A stretch of 60,483 nt of DNA, filler included, from Sphacelaria rigidula (lineage: Eukaryota): NCBI GenBank assembly GCA_964200075.2. It is 10 parts of 10 records of this genome, joined end to end, with 100 filler letters (N's around TTAATTAATTAA, not from the genome) between each part and the next. Parts side by side here need not be neighbours in the genome. Positions count along the whole stretch, not along the records: positions 1 to 5,959 come from CAXNAA020023208.1; positions 6,060 to 12,018 come from CAXNAA020023209.1; 8 more parts are not named here. One strand, given 5' to 3'. A program made the translations under genes and the position numbers. Positions 1 to 12,118 of the stretch are shown one piece after another. Under the pieces are notes generated by a model. The model saw only the letters and a program-made list of their open reading frames with translations. It did no database searches and was not told the origin of the DNA. Positions within the stretch are counted from its first letter, which is position 1, and the number at the start of each line of letters is the position of its first letter.

Positions 1-1843
1 CATCTTCCATCTTCTTGCCCCGCTGCTGTACTGGTTACTTTCCTCCAGGGAGGTCATTTTCGCCGTGTAAGGTTCAAATACGACTTGCATAACACAAGGT
101 CTTACTCACATCGGGATGTCCCGTACATCACTTCTACCACTTCGTGTACTGTTCACCATGGGTCGCTACTCCACTAATGCCTCCGAGTAGACCTTCGCTG
201 CCGAAAGCTTGGCCAACGATCCCCCCCCACTTTGTACCAGCTTCTATCCTTCAAGATCTCAAGAAGTCTACGCACTGTTTGGTGCTCCTTCTCTTACGTC
301 ATGTGGCCGGTCATTGATAAGGTGTTTGTTTCGTGAGTGTAGTAGGTCTTGACGTGCATCATCCTCCCCTTCCCTTCAATAGGCGCCTTTTGCACCTCAT
401 GTCGGAGATCTCAGGGAAATGGCTGACCAGATTTTCACCGCCTACTGGAAACCGGTAAGGTTTTACGGGTGTCTCACCACGAGACCCCAACCTCCATGTG
501 AATTTGACATGGAGGGGGTGATGACCCTATCCTATCCGTGCTTGTCATGTATTTTCTATTCTTGATTTGCATGTAAGGTGGCCAACCTCCAGGCTATTAC
601 TTACTAGAAAATAGTGGAAGGGAGATCGATAGATCAGCAGATAAAGGCAGGTCGATTGAAGCAAATATGAGAAAACATTCTGAGAGGCGAGCACATGCCA
701 CTATGGCGACTGTGTGCTTACTGAATGGAGGAATGTGATGGCTCTGGGACCACTCCCAGCTCTTTTAGCGGACGATTGACGGTAAAATCGTACTTAGGAT
801 GTCAGCTTTGAACTTCAGACCAGCGACGTGTGTAGTCACCATTATATTGAACATACTGTACTGTTGTCCTGCTACTGCTGTTTATAATAATACTGCTGCA
901 CTCCCTGTCCGGTCTCTCGGGGGAACGCTTCAACTCTCCTCTTTCAGTGTTCTAGCCGTAGTACCGTACCACTGATCTGGGAGATCTCTCAAGATATGAC
1001 AGCAAGCATGTTAATTACCCTTCTTCTGCGGTAATTTTGTCTTGTCGACGCACTGCCACGGTATGGATTCTTGTGACTGGTGCTGCAGAAAGGACTGACA
1101 ACCAGAGCTGAGGCGAGCTGCTGGGTCTGTTGCAGGCGAAGATTGTTGGAGAAAATATCCCAGAAATTTGACTCGGATTGATTTGATGCGTTATTTGCCC
1201 ACGAAGATCCCCAGTTCAAACAATCAGGTACACCTAGTGATGGGCTAGGCCCTTGAAATCCACTCCAAAATGGAGATTTCCGCTGTCGACTGTCCAGATA
1301 CTTTCATCCTCCACTCACTGTATTCCTGACACCACCCATCCCTTGACCATCCCAAAAATGATCAACCCACGCGATACAGCAGATGAACTGTGCAAACGAT
1401 GACTGACAGCGAAGAAGGTAGTATAAGCGCGGAGGCCTTGCCTTGGATGAAAGGGAAGCGATTCTGAGAGCAGCCCGGAAGGAAAGCAGAGCGCACGACT
1501 GACTGCAAAAAAATTGTAAGAGATGGGGAAGCTGCAACGAGAATCGCGCGGTTGGAGTCGGGAGTTGCTGACCCCAACAAACGTGAGTGCGACGGCCCCC
1601 ACGACTCCGAAACCCTTTACGCCCCCTGCGTCAATCCCAAGATCTTCTCCTGCTCTCCCGACACCACCTTCTCTTGGCAGGAGCAGCATAGTACCTCCTC
1701 TATCGCTTCCGAAGGCCTTCGATAGTTTTCTCCAACATCCTTCCCCCTGGTGTTTACTCAGCATTACTCTCAACAAAAGAAATCCTTCGCTCGGCGACGG
1801 CAAGAAACTTAAACTTACAACCTGACCACAGGAGTTAAAGGTT

Positions 1844-1955
1844 TTTTGATAGGGCTTAAAGTAAGAAAACCTGTTTCGGAAAGGATCGCTTTTGATAGGG
1901 CTTAAAGTAAGAAAAACTGTTTCGGAAAAGATCACTTTTAATTGGGCTTAAAGTA
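1844..1955. repeat. 46-bp tandem repeat, about 2.4 copies
   Basis: GATAGGGCTTAAAGTAAGAAAA(C/A)CTGTTTCGGAAA recurs at 1848 and 1894, with a partial third copy at 1940. Confidence 0.9.
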
Positions 1956-1999
1956 CAGGTTTCTGTCATCAGTTTTCCGCTTACGCTTTTAAATATTTT

Positions 2000-2170
2000 G
2001 ATGATGATGATGATGATGATGATGTCCGGGCTGTGTTATGGTAGGTTGAAGAAAAAGGAGGGTTAGCTTTTTCATTCCATGTCTATGTCCGGACCGTGTC
2101 ATGGTAGGTTATATAAAAAGGACGGTTAGCTTCTCTATTTCATGTCTATGTCCGGGTTGTGTTATGATAG
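2000..2170. repeat. (GAT)n microsatellite followed by a degenerate repeat of about 60-bp period
   Basis: (GAT)8 from 2000; ATGTCCGG...GTGT(T/C)ATG(G/A)TAG recurs three times. Confidence 0.75.
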
Positions 2171-4384
2171 CGAGAAAAAAATGGGGGAAAAGGAAGAAGA
2201 AGAAGACGAAATGGAAGGGAAAACGCAGAAGAAGGAAAATGAAGGAGTGAAAAAAGACCAGCTTTGTTATATCATGTCTATATCCATCTTGTGTGTTTCT
2301 GGGGGGAAATAAAATTGGTAATTCAGGTTTTTGCATGACCGCTGTGTTTGTCGGTCCGGGACTTTGTTTTGTCTAGTGGCGGTTTATGGTGCAGGTACGG
2401 TGGCAGTCTGTACGTTTCACGTCTAGGTTCTGGTGGCTTGTTTTACAGCTCCGTTGCCACTCGATGCCAACCCAAGAGTATAGAGGAGATGGTGGGGGCA
2501 TGTCTCGGGGAGTGTAGTTTACAACCTCTTCGTTTGGAAATTTGCTGGCTGCTCCACACCGTTTGCACACGTCGTAAGCGCGAACGCTTGTACCTCGAGG
2601 CGACAGAAGCGAGGGAGCTGTTGGTGCAGGGGAAACTTTCATGGCATGATGATCTTTCGGTGTACAAGCCAGAAAATCCATGCGGAGAGGTGTTTTTTGT
2701 CTGCGTCGGTTTTGTAGGCCGTATCCTTGCGGGAAGCTCACTCATTGCCAATATCGGGTATTAGGGATATTCAACGCAGAGCCGACGATAGCGGAGTGAA
2801 TCAGCAGGGTGCAGCAGAGGCCCATAGGCCATACCCTCCTTTTCACGCGGTGCGCTGTATCTTCTGTGTCACGGGTGGTACCCAAGCGATAGAAGACGTT
2901 TGGTACCATTCACCGTCTGAAACGATAGCAACCGAACTGATCGGTACCCTGCAAGTATTATCCACGCAATCTTCAGGAAAGCTTTTTCTCACCTAGTATC
3001 TGACGTTCACCTGTACCCCGGGTCTTGTGTTTTGTATTTTCGTGCGAGCTACCTTTAAGCTGGGTCCGCCAAGCGGCTGAGCGCAACTGAGTCAGGTGTA
3101 AGCTCGGAATACGAGATATCATTACAATCGTCTAGCTACGGTGGTTTTCGAGTTCATCCAGTTTTCGAATCTGCCGAGTTAGTGTCGTGATGCTCGCGTC
3201 TCCGTTTTTGCACTTTCCCCTTGTTGGATTGTGGTATTGGCGGTCCTGCAAAGCTTCTCCAAGAAGATACACTTTCGGAACGCCATCAAACTTTCTGAGC
3301 GTATGATCCCTACACGAGAAAAGACCCCGTTGAAAATCTGATTCCGCGATGTCGAAAAATTGTGACCGATCCTCTATATTCATTCTATTGTAGTATGTCA
3401 GATTGTGAGCCGAGCGATCACGGTGCAAATATGTGCAAACACCGTCACGCGGCGCCCAATACTTTGAATTGGGATCCAACATTGTGGAACGTGTTCCGCC
3501 CTGAACTCACCGATACATTCTAGAGTTGCCCCCTTTTTCGTTCCCTTTATTTTTTCGCTGAGGTGCGACCAATCAACTTTCATCCAATAGGATCGGATTG
3601 GTTGTATCTCAGCGGGAAAAAAAGTTCAGCTTTGAGTTTCTCGGCCAAGTTCATCGCACCTCACGTTTGTCGAAATTTCGGGTGCCAAGTCTGAATAGTG
3701 CGAGGGTCGGACGAATAAATAATTCGTCTGGAAATTACTTGATTCTAGTGCAATTGATCTGTACCGTACGAATCAATCCTTGAGCTTTGTTTTCAGCGTT
3801 GCAACCCAGGTACGCACAACCCGGGCACGTGGAAGGGCGCAAAAGTTGCGTGGAGACCTTTTTGACCACCGGTCAACTTTTTTCTCTCCTTCGAGCAATC
3901 AAGCCTGAAAAAATGTGGATTTGGTGATTCGAACCGGCGATGATTCATCCGAACCGTGAAATAGTGAGCGGTTTGTGGCGATATTGGCGGATATCCGGTC
4001 TGTCGGCCGGCCCCGCTTGGGCCTCTCCCTGTTGGTATATTTTCATCGTAGTTTAGCTGACATTTTTGTACTGTACAACAGATATTACGAACATCTTGCG
4101 GGATTCAAAGAGTTTCGGGGACGCGTTGTTTTTGGTCAGCGTAACATTTGGCCAGCGTTTATCTTATTCTGAAGCTGACACTTTTGAAAAGTTGCATTTT
4201 TACTCAGCATTGAAAGTGTTCGCACGTATTGTGAAAAAAGAAAGAAAAACAGATGGGTTTCCGAAGCTATCAAGTTCGTGAGGTATGCGCTGACAAAAAT
4301 TTCCGTCGAATATCAGAAAATCGCGTTTTCGAAATCTCTGTATAATTAGAGTACGGTAGGGTGCCGTGTAAACAAAAAATGAAC

Positions 4385-4696
4385 AGCCAATCATCCAAAT
4401 TGAGGATGAAGCTTTTCATTGGGGATGAGAACCCGGAGGATTAAAATCTTCGGTAACCGAGTTTTTAGATGATCCGATCAGATCGACGAAATTCCCCGAA
4501 AATGTTTTTTTTACCTAGGACCCTAACATTTCGGTTATCGAAATCCAAATTGATACGACGTGTAGAACTTGTCAACAGCTACCAGTAGGTGAATGAAGGG
4601 AACTTTATATCAAAGATTTGGTGTGGATACGAAGATTTTAATTCTCCGGGTTCTCGTTCTCATTTAAAAGCTCCATCCTTAATTCGATTATCGGCT
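4385..4696. repeat. Inverted repeat with arms of about 67 bp (foldback/MITE-like or transposon subterminal structure)
   Basis: 4385-4452 (..GAGGATGAAGCTTTTCATTGGGGATGAGAACCCGGAGGATTAAAATCTTCG) pairs with 4630-4696 (CGAAGATTTTAATTCTCCGGGTTCTCGTTCTCATTTAAAAGCTCCATCCTT..). Confidence 0.8.
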
Positions 4697-4855
4697 TTTA
4701 CTGGGAAATGTGTGCTATATCCCCCCTTTTTTGTTACTTGAGATAAGTAACACCACGTATTGTACTTTCAGGTCGAGAAGTATATACATGTAGTACAGTA
4801 TGGCGCGGTACAAGGTTTTAGTTTTTCAGTAAGATGTTGTTTGGAAGGCACTGAC

Positions 4856-5289
4856 GAGTGATGCCACTCCCCCAGAAAAGTGCCTGGTTCAAGGAGGCAA
4901 AATTACTTGTGAATCGAAATGACAAAAGTCAGACATACCGAGCCGCTGCAAACTCCCACGTTCGGGATTGATTTCGCCAATGTCGCCAATATAACCAATA
5001 TCGCCTATATCGCCTATTTGAAGCGCCTCATGCAGTCTAAAACCAGCTATAATGCGCTGTGTGGCTATTTTTTTCGTGGCAGGTCTGGGGCTATTTTTTC
5101 GAGGGGGAGGGGCGTATTCATTTGTTGCTTGCCTTAGTCGTTTGACCATCGAGCACGCATCCCTTCCGAGACGGAGNNNNNNNNNNCCTACTCCTAATAG
5201 AGACACCTCCAACATTTGGGCGCTCATTACGTTTCTTCCATACCTCATTACGTTTCTTCCATACCTCATTACGTTTCTTCCATACATTA
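4856..5289 (+). mobile_element. Dispersed non-autonomous repeat family A: core of about 240 bp plus long arm (TCATTTGTTGCTTGCCTTAGTCGTTTGACC...), ending in a perfect 3 x 21-bp tandem
   Basis: Core matches 37898-38140, 54601-54806, 57710-57935 and (reverse) 56625-56840. Arm matches 5899-5950, 42222-42298, 43010-43062, 46980-47120 and (reverse) 54526-54600. CTCATTACGTTTCTTCCATAC x3 at 5223-5285. Confidence 0.85.
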
Positions 5290-5369
5290 CACGAGGGCTT
5301 TATACATACATATATTATCCTCCTCCTGGTGTGATTGTTTCGGGGGTGTACTCAGTTTTTGCTGCCTTA

Positions 5370-5675
5370 TAATAAACAGTGTTTTCGTGAGATTGAGAGT
5401 CGAGGATTCGATTGAGAGTGAAAAACGGTCAATAAGTAAATGAATCGTTTCAGTTCCGAAATGCCCCGCCACGAGGCTCAAGATGCTTTCTGTAGTAGCT
5501 TGCCACTGAGACCCCTGATATCCCCGAGCAGGGTATCGACGTGAAGCTGTGAACACACGCCAGTGATTGGGGCAAGGAAAAGCACACACGGAATGAAACG
5601 AAGCTAAGTTGAAGCGAATGACCAAAGCCACTCTCAATCAGCGCTCTACTCTCAATCTCACTAGAACATAGTTAA
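5370..5675. mobile_element. MITE of about 306 bp with TIRs of about 45 bp, inserted at a duplicated TA inside a family A arm (Tc1/mariner-type target)
   Basis: AACAGTGTTTTCGTGAGATTGAGAGTCGAGG...GATTGAGAGTG pairs with CACTCTCAATC...TCTACTCTCAATCTCACTAGAACATAGTT. Flanks GCCT-TA[...]TA-GTCGTTTGACC rebuild the uninterrupted arm GCCTTAGTCGTTTGACC. Confidence 0.8.
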
Positions 5676-5959
5676 TAGTCGTTTGACCATTGATCACGTA
5701 TCCCTTTCGATACGAAGCAAGCAGTACGGTTTGCTGGGGAGGGGCTATCGTGGCACATCACTCTGGCGTTGGGTGCATTGATAACGCAAAGTTTATCTGT
5801 CTCAAATTTTGTCTCCTGATGAGAGGTGGCGTATAAATAAAAGCATTACGCACCACACCCAAAACGTTTACATGAGCCCGAATGCAGAGGGCGCGCAGGG
5901 GGGGGGGGGGGGGGGAACTCTTTTGTTGCTTGCCTTATGCGTTTGACCTTTAACCCCCC

Positions 5960-6059
5960 NNNNNNNNNNNNNNNNNNNNNNNNNNNNNNNNNNNNNNNNN
6001 NNNTTAATTAATTAANNNNNNNNNNNNNNNNNNNNNNNNNNNNNNNNNNNNNNNNNNNN
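5960..6059. other. Artificial contig spacer N44-TTAATTAATTAA-N44; identical spacers at 12019-12118, 18078-18177, 24136-24235, 30194-30293, 36252-36351, 42310-42409, 48368-48467, 54426-54525
   Basis: Nine identical 100-bp blocks with stops in all six frames. Intervening segments are 5959 bp (x3) then 5958 bp (x7), i.e. size-sorted contigs. Confidence 0.99.
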
Positions 6060-9000
6060 AACGCAGAGCAGCGCAGTATAACACAGAACATTACTGTGAT
6101 ACCCTACCGTACTGTGAACGGTAACGGTACCGACTGCGCACACGATGCTTTCAGAATTTTCGGCGATGTGACATGATGACTCTGAGTCAACTCAGAGCCA
6201 TCATTTCAATGAATAGATCATACTAGTCGTACATCATTTGTAATTCATACAGCTTCTTAGCTTGTGCCTGGCTCGGTGTAACCCGAAGGTTCTCGCTTCA
6301 TACCTTCCATGACTTCCGGGGTAAACAATGGGCACACAAGTCAACTCTGCGCTGAAAATTTGGATGCATCGGTTGTACATGTCACACATTTCTTATTATC
6401 ATGAGTCGGGAGCGTCATGTACAACTTGCTTGGCCAACTTGTTGGGGATGAGCGCCCGCACATTTTTTCCACATTCGGGCTAATGCGGGACTGACAAGGT
6501 GTATACAGGTTGACTCTTCACTTCCGATGGGCCCTGAACCACACGTAAACATCTCACAGCTGCAATGCGCGCAAGATGGCTGCGGTGCATATGTGCTATC
6601 CACCCTCGACTCAGCGGAACCTACGGCTTATACAGCATGACTGCGCGTCATGGTGAGTCGACTCGTATAAATCTTGAGTTGTCCTAACCGTGGAATATTC
6701 TCCCGAAATTGTAGGTAGTTTGGGTACGAATGAACACTTGACCCGAGTATTCATTTTTCGATCGTTCGCAAAGTATGGTAAACTTGACTTGAGCGAGCTC
6801 GTTCATTTTTTGCGAGTCGGGTCCAAACGAATTAGAAAGCGTGCGATTGAAAAAGGACAATGAAATCGTGACGCGGCACTTGTTGTTCGCTTCTCCACAG
6901 TACAGCACTGTACTGTCTGCGCTGTATGCATACAGTGTGCCCGCGTGTGAGTGTGCATATTTCGTACAGTAGGATGTGACAGAGGAGGGGGCAACGTGCA
7001 GCGTAGACAGCGCAGGACTATCTGTACTCTCTGCTTACAGTGCGACACGAACAGGACTTCAACAATGTGTAGCTTTGTACTGCTTGTTATGTCATAAAGT
7101 CTGTGTCTTAGCACATCATTTTCCGATCGAAAAAGTGCGGTGGAAAATAGAAATCCTGATCTGGTCGGTCGTGATTTCAACCATCTTCAAAATCAACAAC
7201 GACAGTTGAAATCACTACCTATTAGATTGAATTTTTTGTTTTCCACCCCACATTCTCGATCGAAAAATAATGTACGAAGATCTCTCAGACGTGCTAATCG
7301 AGGCCAAAACACGAGGGATTTTTATTTTAAAAGAGTGACGGGTCTCCCTGTTGAAAATCGCACGAGTCAATGAGATGGGAATGATCCGCCCAGTCCGTCA
7401 GCAAAGAAGCGAATGGGCCGCCCGGTCGGTCGAAAAAAAAGCGCGGAGGGGCATCTGCACCCATAACAAGCGTACCTCCGTGCTGCATTGCATCGCCCGT
7501 ACGGTCTGTTCATCTTTCATGTTCACGTCAAAGCTGTGACAATGCAACACAGATGACCCACCCTGGGAGTGCCCGCCTGTATAGGTCGAGACAACGCCGA
7601 TCGAAAACGCACAGTGCAGTACAGCAGTAGTACATTGCTTTATATTACAGTACGGTCTTGTCTTCTCTCTCCCTCCCATTGCGTTCGTTCTGTTTCTCTG
7701 TGGGTATCACCAAGGGTCAGATTGAACCAAACCCTTAGACAGCATCACTCCTTCCTGCCTCCAGTTTCGAAATAAAGTTCTCAGACTGCGGGGGGCATCC
7801 ATTTTTGAAGTAAATACTACGCCCATTAAACATAATTGACTCGTCCTGCGTTGGCTCTCTTCTGTGTGAATAAACAAGGCCGAAGTGCATCGTGCAGCAC
7901 AGTACAGTACAGTGTTGTCCTCTCTGAAGTACAGTGCAGTGTTACCCTTCCTGAAGACAATTTGTAGGATTTGGCTCAATCATCAGGGAGTTGACCATGT
8001 CGTGGTCTGCAAACAGGTACCAACGGTCCTACGTGACCGTGTTTTACAGTCCATAAAACAACACAGTACTTGCATCCACTTCTACAGAGAGCACGACACA
8101 TGCTTTCCCAGGATAGGTAGAATGTACCTCGAAGAAAGTTTTGCCGCTACACCCTCCAGATAATCTCCTTTGGTAGGGGGGTAGGTGATCAGATTTTTCA
8201 GGAGATTCACGCCTAAGACCTCGGAACGGGGAAAACTACTGGTCGTCTGAGACAGGTCTGGCAATCTAGACGGGCGTGACTGATACACATGACCGGAGTA
8301 CGTCACACCCTCACAACGTGACCAAACACGCACAAACATCCAGGGCACAAGCGCAGCACGCCTGGTGCTGTTGCTATTCTATACACCGTGCTCTGTTATC
8401 TCACGGCAAACTGTGTGGTATTGGGATGAGGGTCGGCCGTGCTTGTGCAACAAAACTTGCGAAAGATGGCGTCGTTAACCGTTTCGAGTCGGAACATTTT
8501 TTGTTGGACACAAACAACCGGTGCTTACTCAATGCCATACCTGGCGAAGGAAATCGCTCGTCTCGGGACTGCGGTGCAGGTTGAAGGAAGCCGGTAGGCC
8601 TATAATCCGAAGCGGTACAAATAATTAGTGAGGAATTACTGGATTGACGGCGGTTGTCATGTATTTGGGCGGATCTGCTTGCAAACTAAATTGTGTGTTC
8701 ACTGCGATACTGTCGACGGCAACAAATACAGTTTTCAATCAACCTTGCGCAAGATAGACGGCGCGCATCACATAGCGCGCGCAGCACACGACACGGCACG
8801 CACGCGCACAGCGAAAGAAAGCACGCAGACGGACGAAACACCACCAGCAACCTAGTCTATCGTACAAGATCGGCAGACAGGCAGTCCGGCCACTTTCATG
8901 TATATACTCTCGTCTGTTAGAAAAATTCCTCTGCATCCATAGGTTTTTGTTCCATGAACGATTATCACAACACTCTTTGTTCTGTCGGAGAAGGTTCTTG

Positions 9001-9607
9001 ATTCAGTCATGTATTTCCGTGACACCTACTGAGTCAACGGTGACAGTTTTCCGTTTAAATTTCCCGATACACTGTCCCGTTTTCCCGCGCTGGTGTGTTT
9101 CATCAAGCGCACTCTTGTCGTGCTCCACCTAGCACGCAACAGTGATGCGGCGTTGGCCCCCACGAAACCATCCCCAAGAGTGTCACCGCCGTCGAACTTA
9201 TTCATCTAACCGGTATTCAAGACTGCTTTTTCCCTGCGCTGGTTTGTATTCACCAAGCTCGCGAGAGTGATGCCGGGCCTTGACATGAAGACACATGAGA
9301 AAAGGCAAGGGTGGATTGAAAATGGCACTTGTACACTCTGGAATATTGGTCCGAGCGGCCGATGTAAAACACTGTCCCGAAAAGGATCATTTTTGTTTGG
9401 ATAAAGTATGGAAACAGCGGACACGAATTTACTGAATGGTGTATCGAGCGGCGAGACTTACGTCAATAATATATTTGATGATGAAGAAATGATGATAATT
9501 TACGCCGATAGTACTATTGATAATAATCATATCATCAAGGATGACACATTGAGTCGAACGTACATTATATAACCAATATTTTTGTCAATGTCATCTCTGC
9601 ACATTAA

Positions 9608-9746
9608 CCCTTTGGGAACTAGACCCCCAGGGAGTGCTGATTCTTGTTTTGGTGAATCGGCATCATTTTCAGTCATTTTCAAGTCAAAATGATGCCGATT
9701 CAAAAAGATTCACAAAATAAGAATGAGCACTTGCGTTCCCAAAGGG
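9608..9746. mobile_element. piggyBac-like foldback MITE (139 bp) with TTAA target duplication
   Basis: TTAA|CCCTTTGGGAAC ... GTTCCCAAAGGG|TTAA with a perfect 12-bp TIR and internal palindrome GAATCGGCATCATTTT/AAAATGATGCCGATTC; related copy at 42638-42756. Confidence 0.9.
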
Positions 9747-9929
9747 TTAAGTGCGGAGAGGATTTCGGATTTGGCACTTGCAGATTTTGCCCCCGGCCGT
9801 CGACCATCAACTGTCGGGAAAACCAGCGGACAGTGGACATCAATCACTTGCATGTTTCCTTCTCCCATGCTCATGAGAGTGTGCTTCGAGCAACTGCCGC
9901 CCAACAGAGCATAACCCTTATAGGGTAGT

Positions 9930-11800
9930 TGCCGCCCTGCGCAGGATGTGTGGGGGCAAAAGGGCGACGTGCAGCGATTCCATGCTCGAGTCGGCTACGG
10001 TCCTCGGCATCGTACACCTGGACCTTACGGGACCTCATAAACAGGCACTGGGCGGTTTACTACACATGCTCGTATGCGTGGATAGTAAGTCGAGCTTCAT
10101 TATCTACCATTTTGTACGGATTGGTGAGGAAGGCACAAGTCTTGGCGAAGGTGGAGGGCTAGATGGTCGCCGTCAATCAAATCGGCACTCTCCGGTGCTT
10201 CCGTATCGACAACCGAAGTGGATTTCCATCTCAGGATTTCATCGATTTCTGTGACGACGTACGAATTCGCCGCGAGTATACCACGCCCGATACGCCGCAG
10301 CAAATACTGTAGCCGAGAGCGCAATCTGACGTGTAATGAAGGCTGGTCACGCTGCGCGCTGTCAAGCTTCGCGTCTCTTCTCCGCTGAAGACTACACTGC
10401 TATCCCTACTTTGGGTGGCACCTTGGATGGGCTCTGGTTGGAGTCCGCGGTGTGGGCCGCAAATGGTTTCAACCGCTCCACGACGATGGCCAACCCTGGA
10501 AAAGTACCGGCCACCAGATCTTCACTAACCTTGCCCCTCCTCTCCAGATTGTTTCCGTTTTTCAACCAGGGATGATGAGGGTAAACCGCCGCTCGAAGAT
10601 GGACCCGGAAGCTGTCACCTGCTACTACCTCAATAACGGCAGCCACCACTCCTCGTCAACGGTGAAAGTCATCAAAGCCGCAATCCGATCCGTTTGTTAC
10701 ACCAACAACGTGGTCTGGACGGTGCCTCGTCTACCACTCCAGCCGCCAGCGCCGCTCGACGGAAGGGGGGGAGGGAGATCACGCTTCCGATTACACCGAT
10801 GCTTCTGTATCCGTCGCCGCCGCCGACAACCCGTAGACGCCATGCCATGCTGTTTCGCCGTCGCAACCATATCATATACTTCTACCGCGACCACATCATC
10901 CCGTTTTCGTCGTCGCCGCCGCCGCCAACCCACCACTGTCGCCACGCCATACTATTCAGCCGTCGCAACCATATCATATCCTCCTACCGCGACAATATCA
11001 TTCCGTTTCCGCCGTCGCCACGGACAACCCGCCGTCGCCACGGACAACCCACCGTCGCCACGCCATCCTGTTCAGACCCCGCCACCACATTATACTGTCC
11101 AGCCGCCGCCGCGACATGTTGTCCCGCCGCCGCTACGTCGTACAATCGTGCCGCCGCCGCTTTTTCCATTCACCGCTGCGCCACGTTATCCATATTTACT
11201 TTCCACCACACCGTCGATATCGTCATCTGTCGCCGCTCAAAATCACCGATACCCATGCGACACTCTGCCGACTTCACCCTTACGAACGACTTCACCGTTC
11301 CAGCAACTGACTTCACCCCCGATATTCAACGGTTTTTCGGCACCATCAACCATTTAAGAAGCTTCGTCAACAGCGACCCATCATCAACCAGACCGTTCCC
11401 CACCACCACTGCCCGACAGGCTTGCCTAAGTAGTGATCCTCGGCCGCCGGGTATGACACAGTTGAGGACAGCTCAGCACAAAGCAGAGAAGGAGGGGGGC
11501 AAGAACATCGCTCTAGTTCATCGCGAAAGGGGTCTTTTTGCGCAACACGATAAGCCATACCTTTTATCCGCTCACCTCACACGGTTCGCTATGGACGCGG
11601 GGAGGAAGCGGGGGGATATCAACAAAGCCATGGGGGAGCAGCGTCCGCCGCACGATCCGCCTAAAATTCCTCATCGCCCAGTGAAGCAGCTTAAGACCCC
11701 AACGACTTGCGCTGAAGCGACACTTCCGGGGAAGAGAGGAGTATGGGTGGACTATATGGCGCGAGAATTACAAGGCCCTAAGAAAGCGGGGACCATAGAT
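9930..11800 (+). pseudogene. Degenerate Ty1/Copia LTR-retrotransposon pol: integrase core, SH3-like region, low-complexity linker, start of the pre-RT motif
   Basis: LGIVHLDLTGP..VCVDSKS; CFRIDN..F..FC...IRREYTTPDTPQQ..VAESAI across frameshifts; LWLESAVWAANGFNRS; RSKMDPEAVTCYYL...VCYTNNVVW; PTTCAEA....VWVDYMARELQG near 11700-11780. Integrase before RT is the Copia order. Confidence 0.85.
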
Positions 11801-12118
11801 GCTTCCCTTGAATTTGTGCAGTTGCTTTCGAAGTTTGTCACATTATGCACTCCCGCCCCCAACCCAGCTTGTGGGGGGTGGGTACGGAAAACCTCACGAA
11901 TCACCCATTCAAAACAGTGTGACTCCTCACGTATCCGACCGTTGGCTCCCATCTGGAGATTGCGCTGAGCGCAGTCGCACCAGCCTCATATCAACGCAAA
12001 TCTCCCCACCAGCCTGCGNNNNNNNNNNNNNNNNNNNNNNNNNNNNNNNNNNNNNNNNNNNNTTAATTAATTAANNNNNNNNNNNNNNNNNNNNNNNNNN
12101 NNNNNNNNNNNNNNNNNN

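Noticed and set aside
1..1830. Retroelement or gene on the minus strand (206-aa ORF 1315-1935 and neighbours)
   Set aside because: No recognisable motif; the ORF runs through a tandem repeat. It may be decayed TE sequence but I cannot support a call.
6004..6015. TTAATTAATTAA palindrome repeated every ~6.06 kb, and ORFs ending X...LIN
   Set aside because: Synthetic six-frame-stop linker.
6170..7450. Clusters of GAGTCRACTC and TTTCGATCGAAA palindromes as a defined element
   Set aside because: Motifs recur (also ~56386 and ~57324), but I could not define termini or a TSD.
10452..11968. 301-aa and 424-aa ORFs as host genes
   Set aside because: They are frameshifted Copia pol plus a GC-rich low-complexity linker that stays open by composition.
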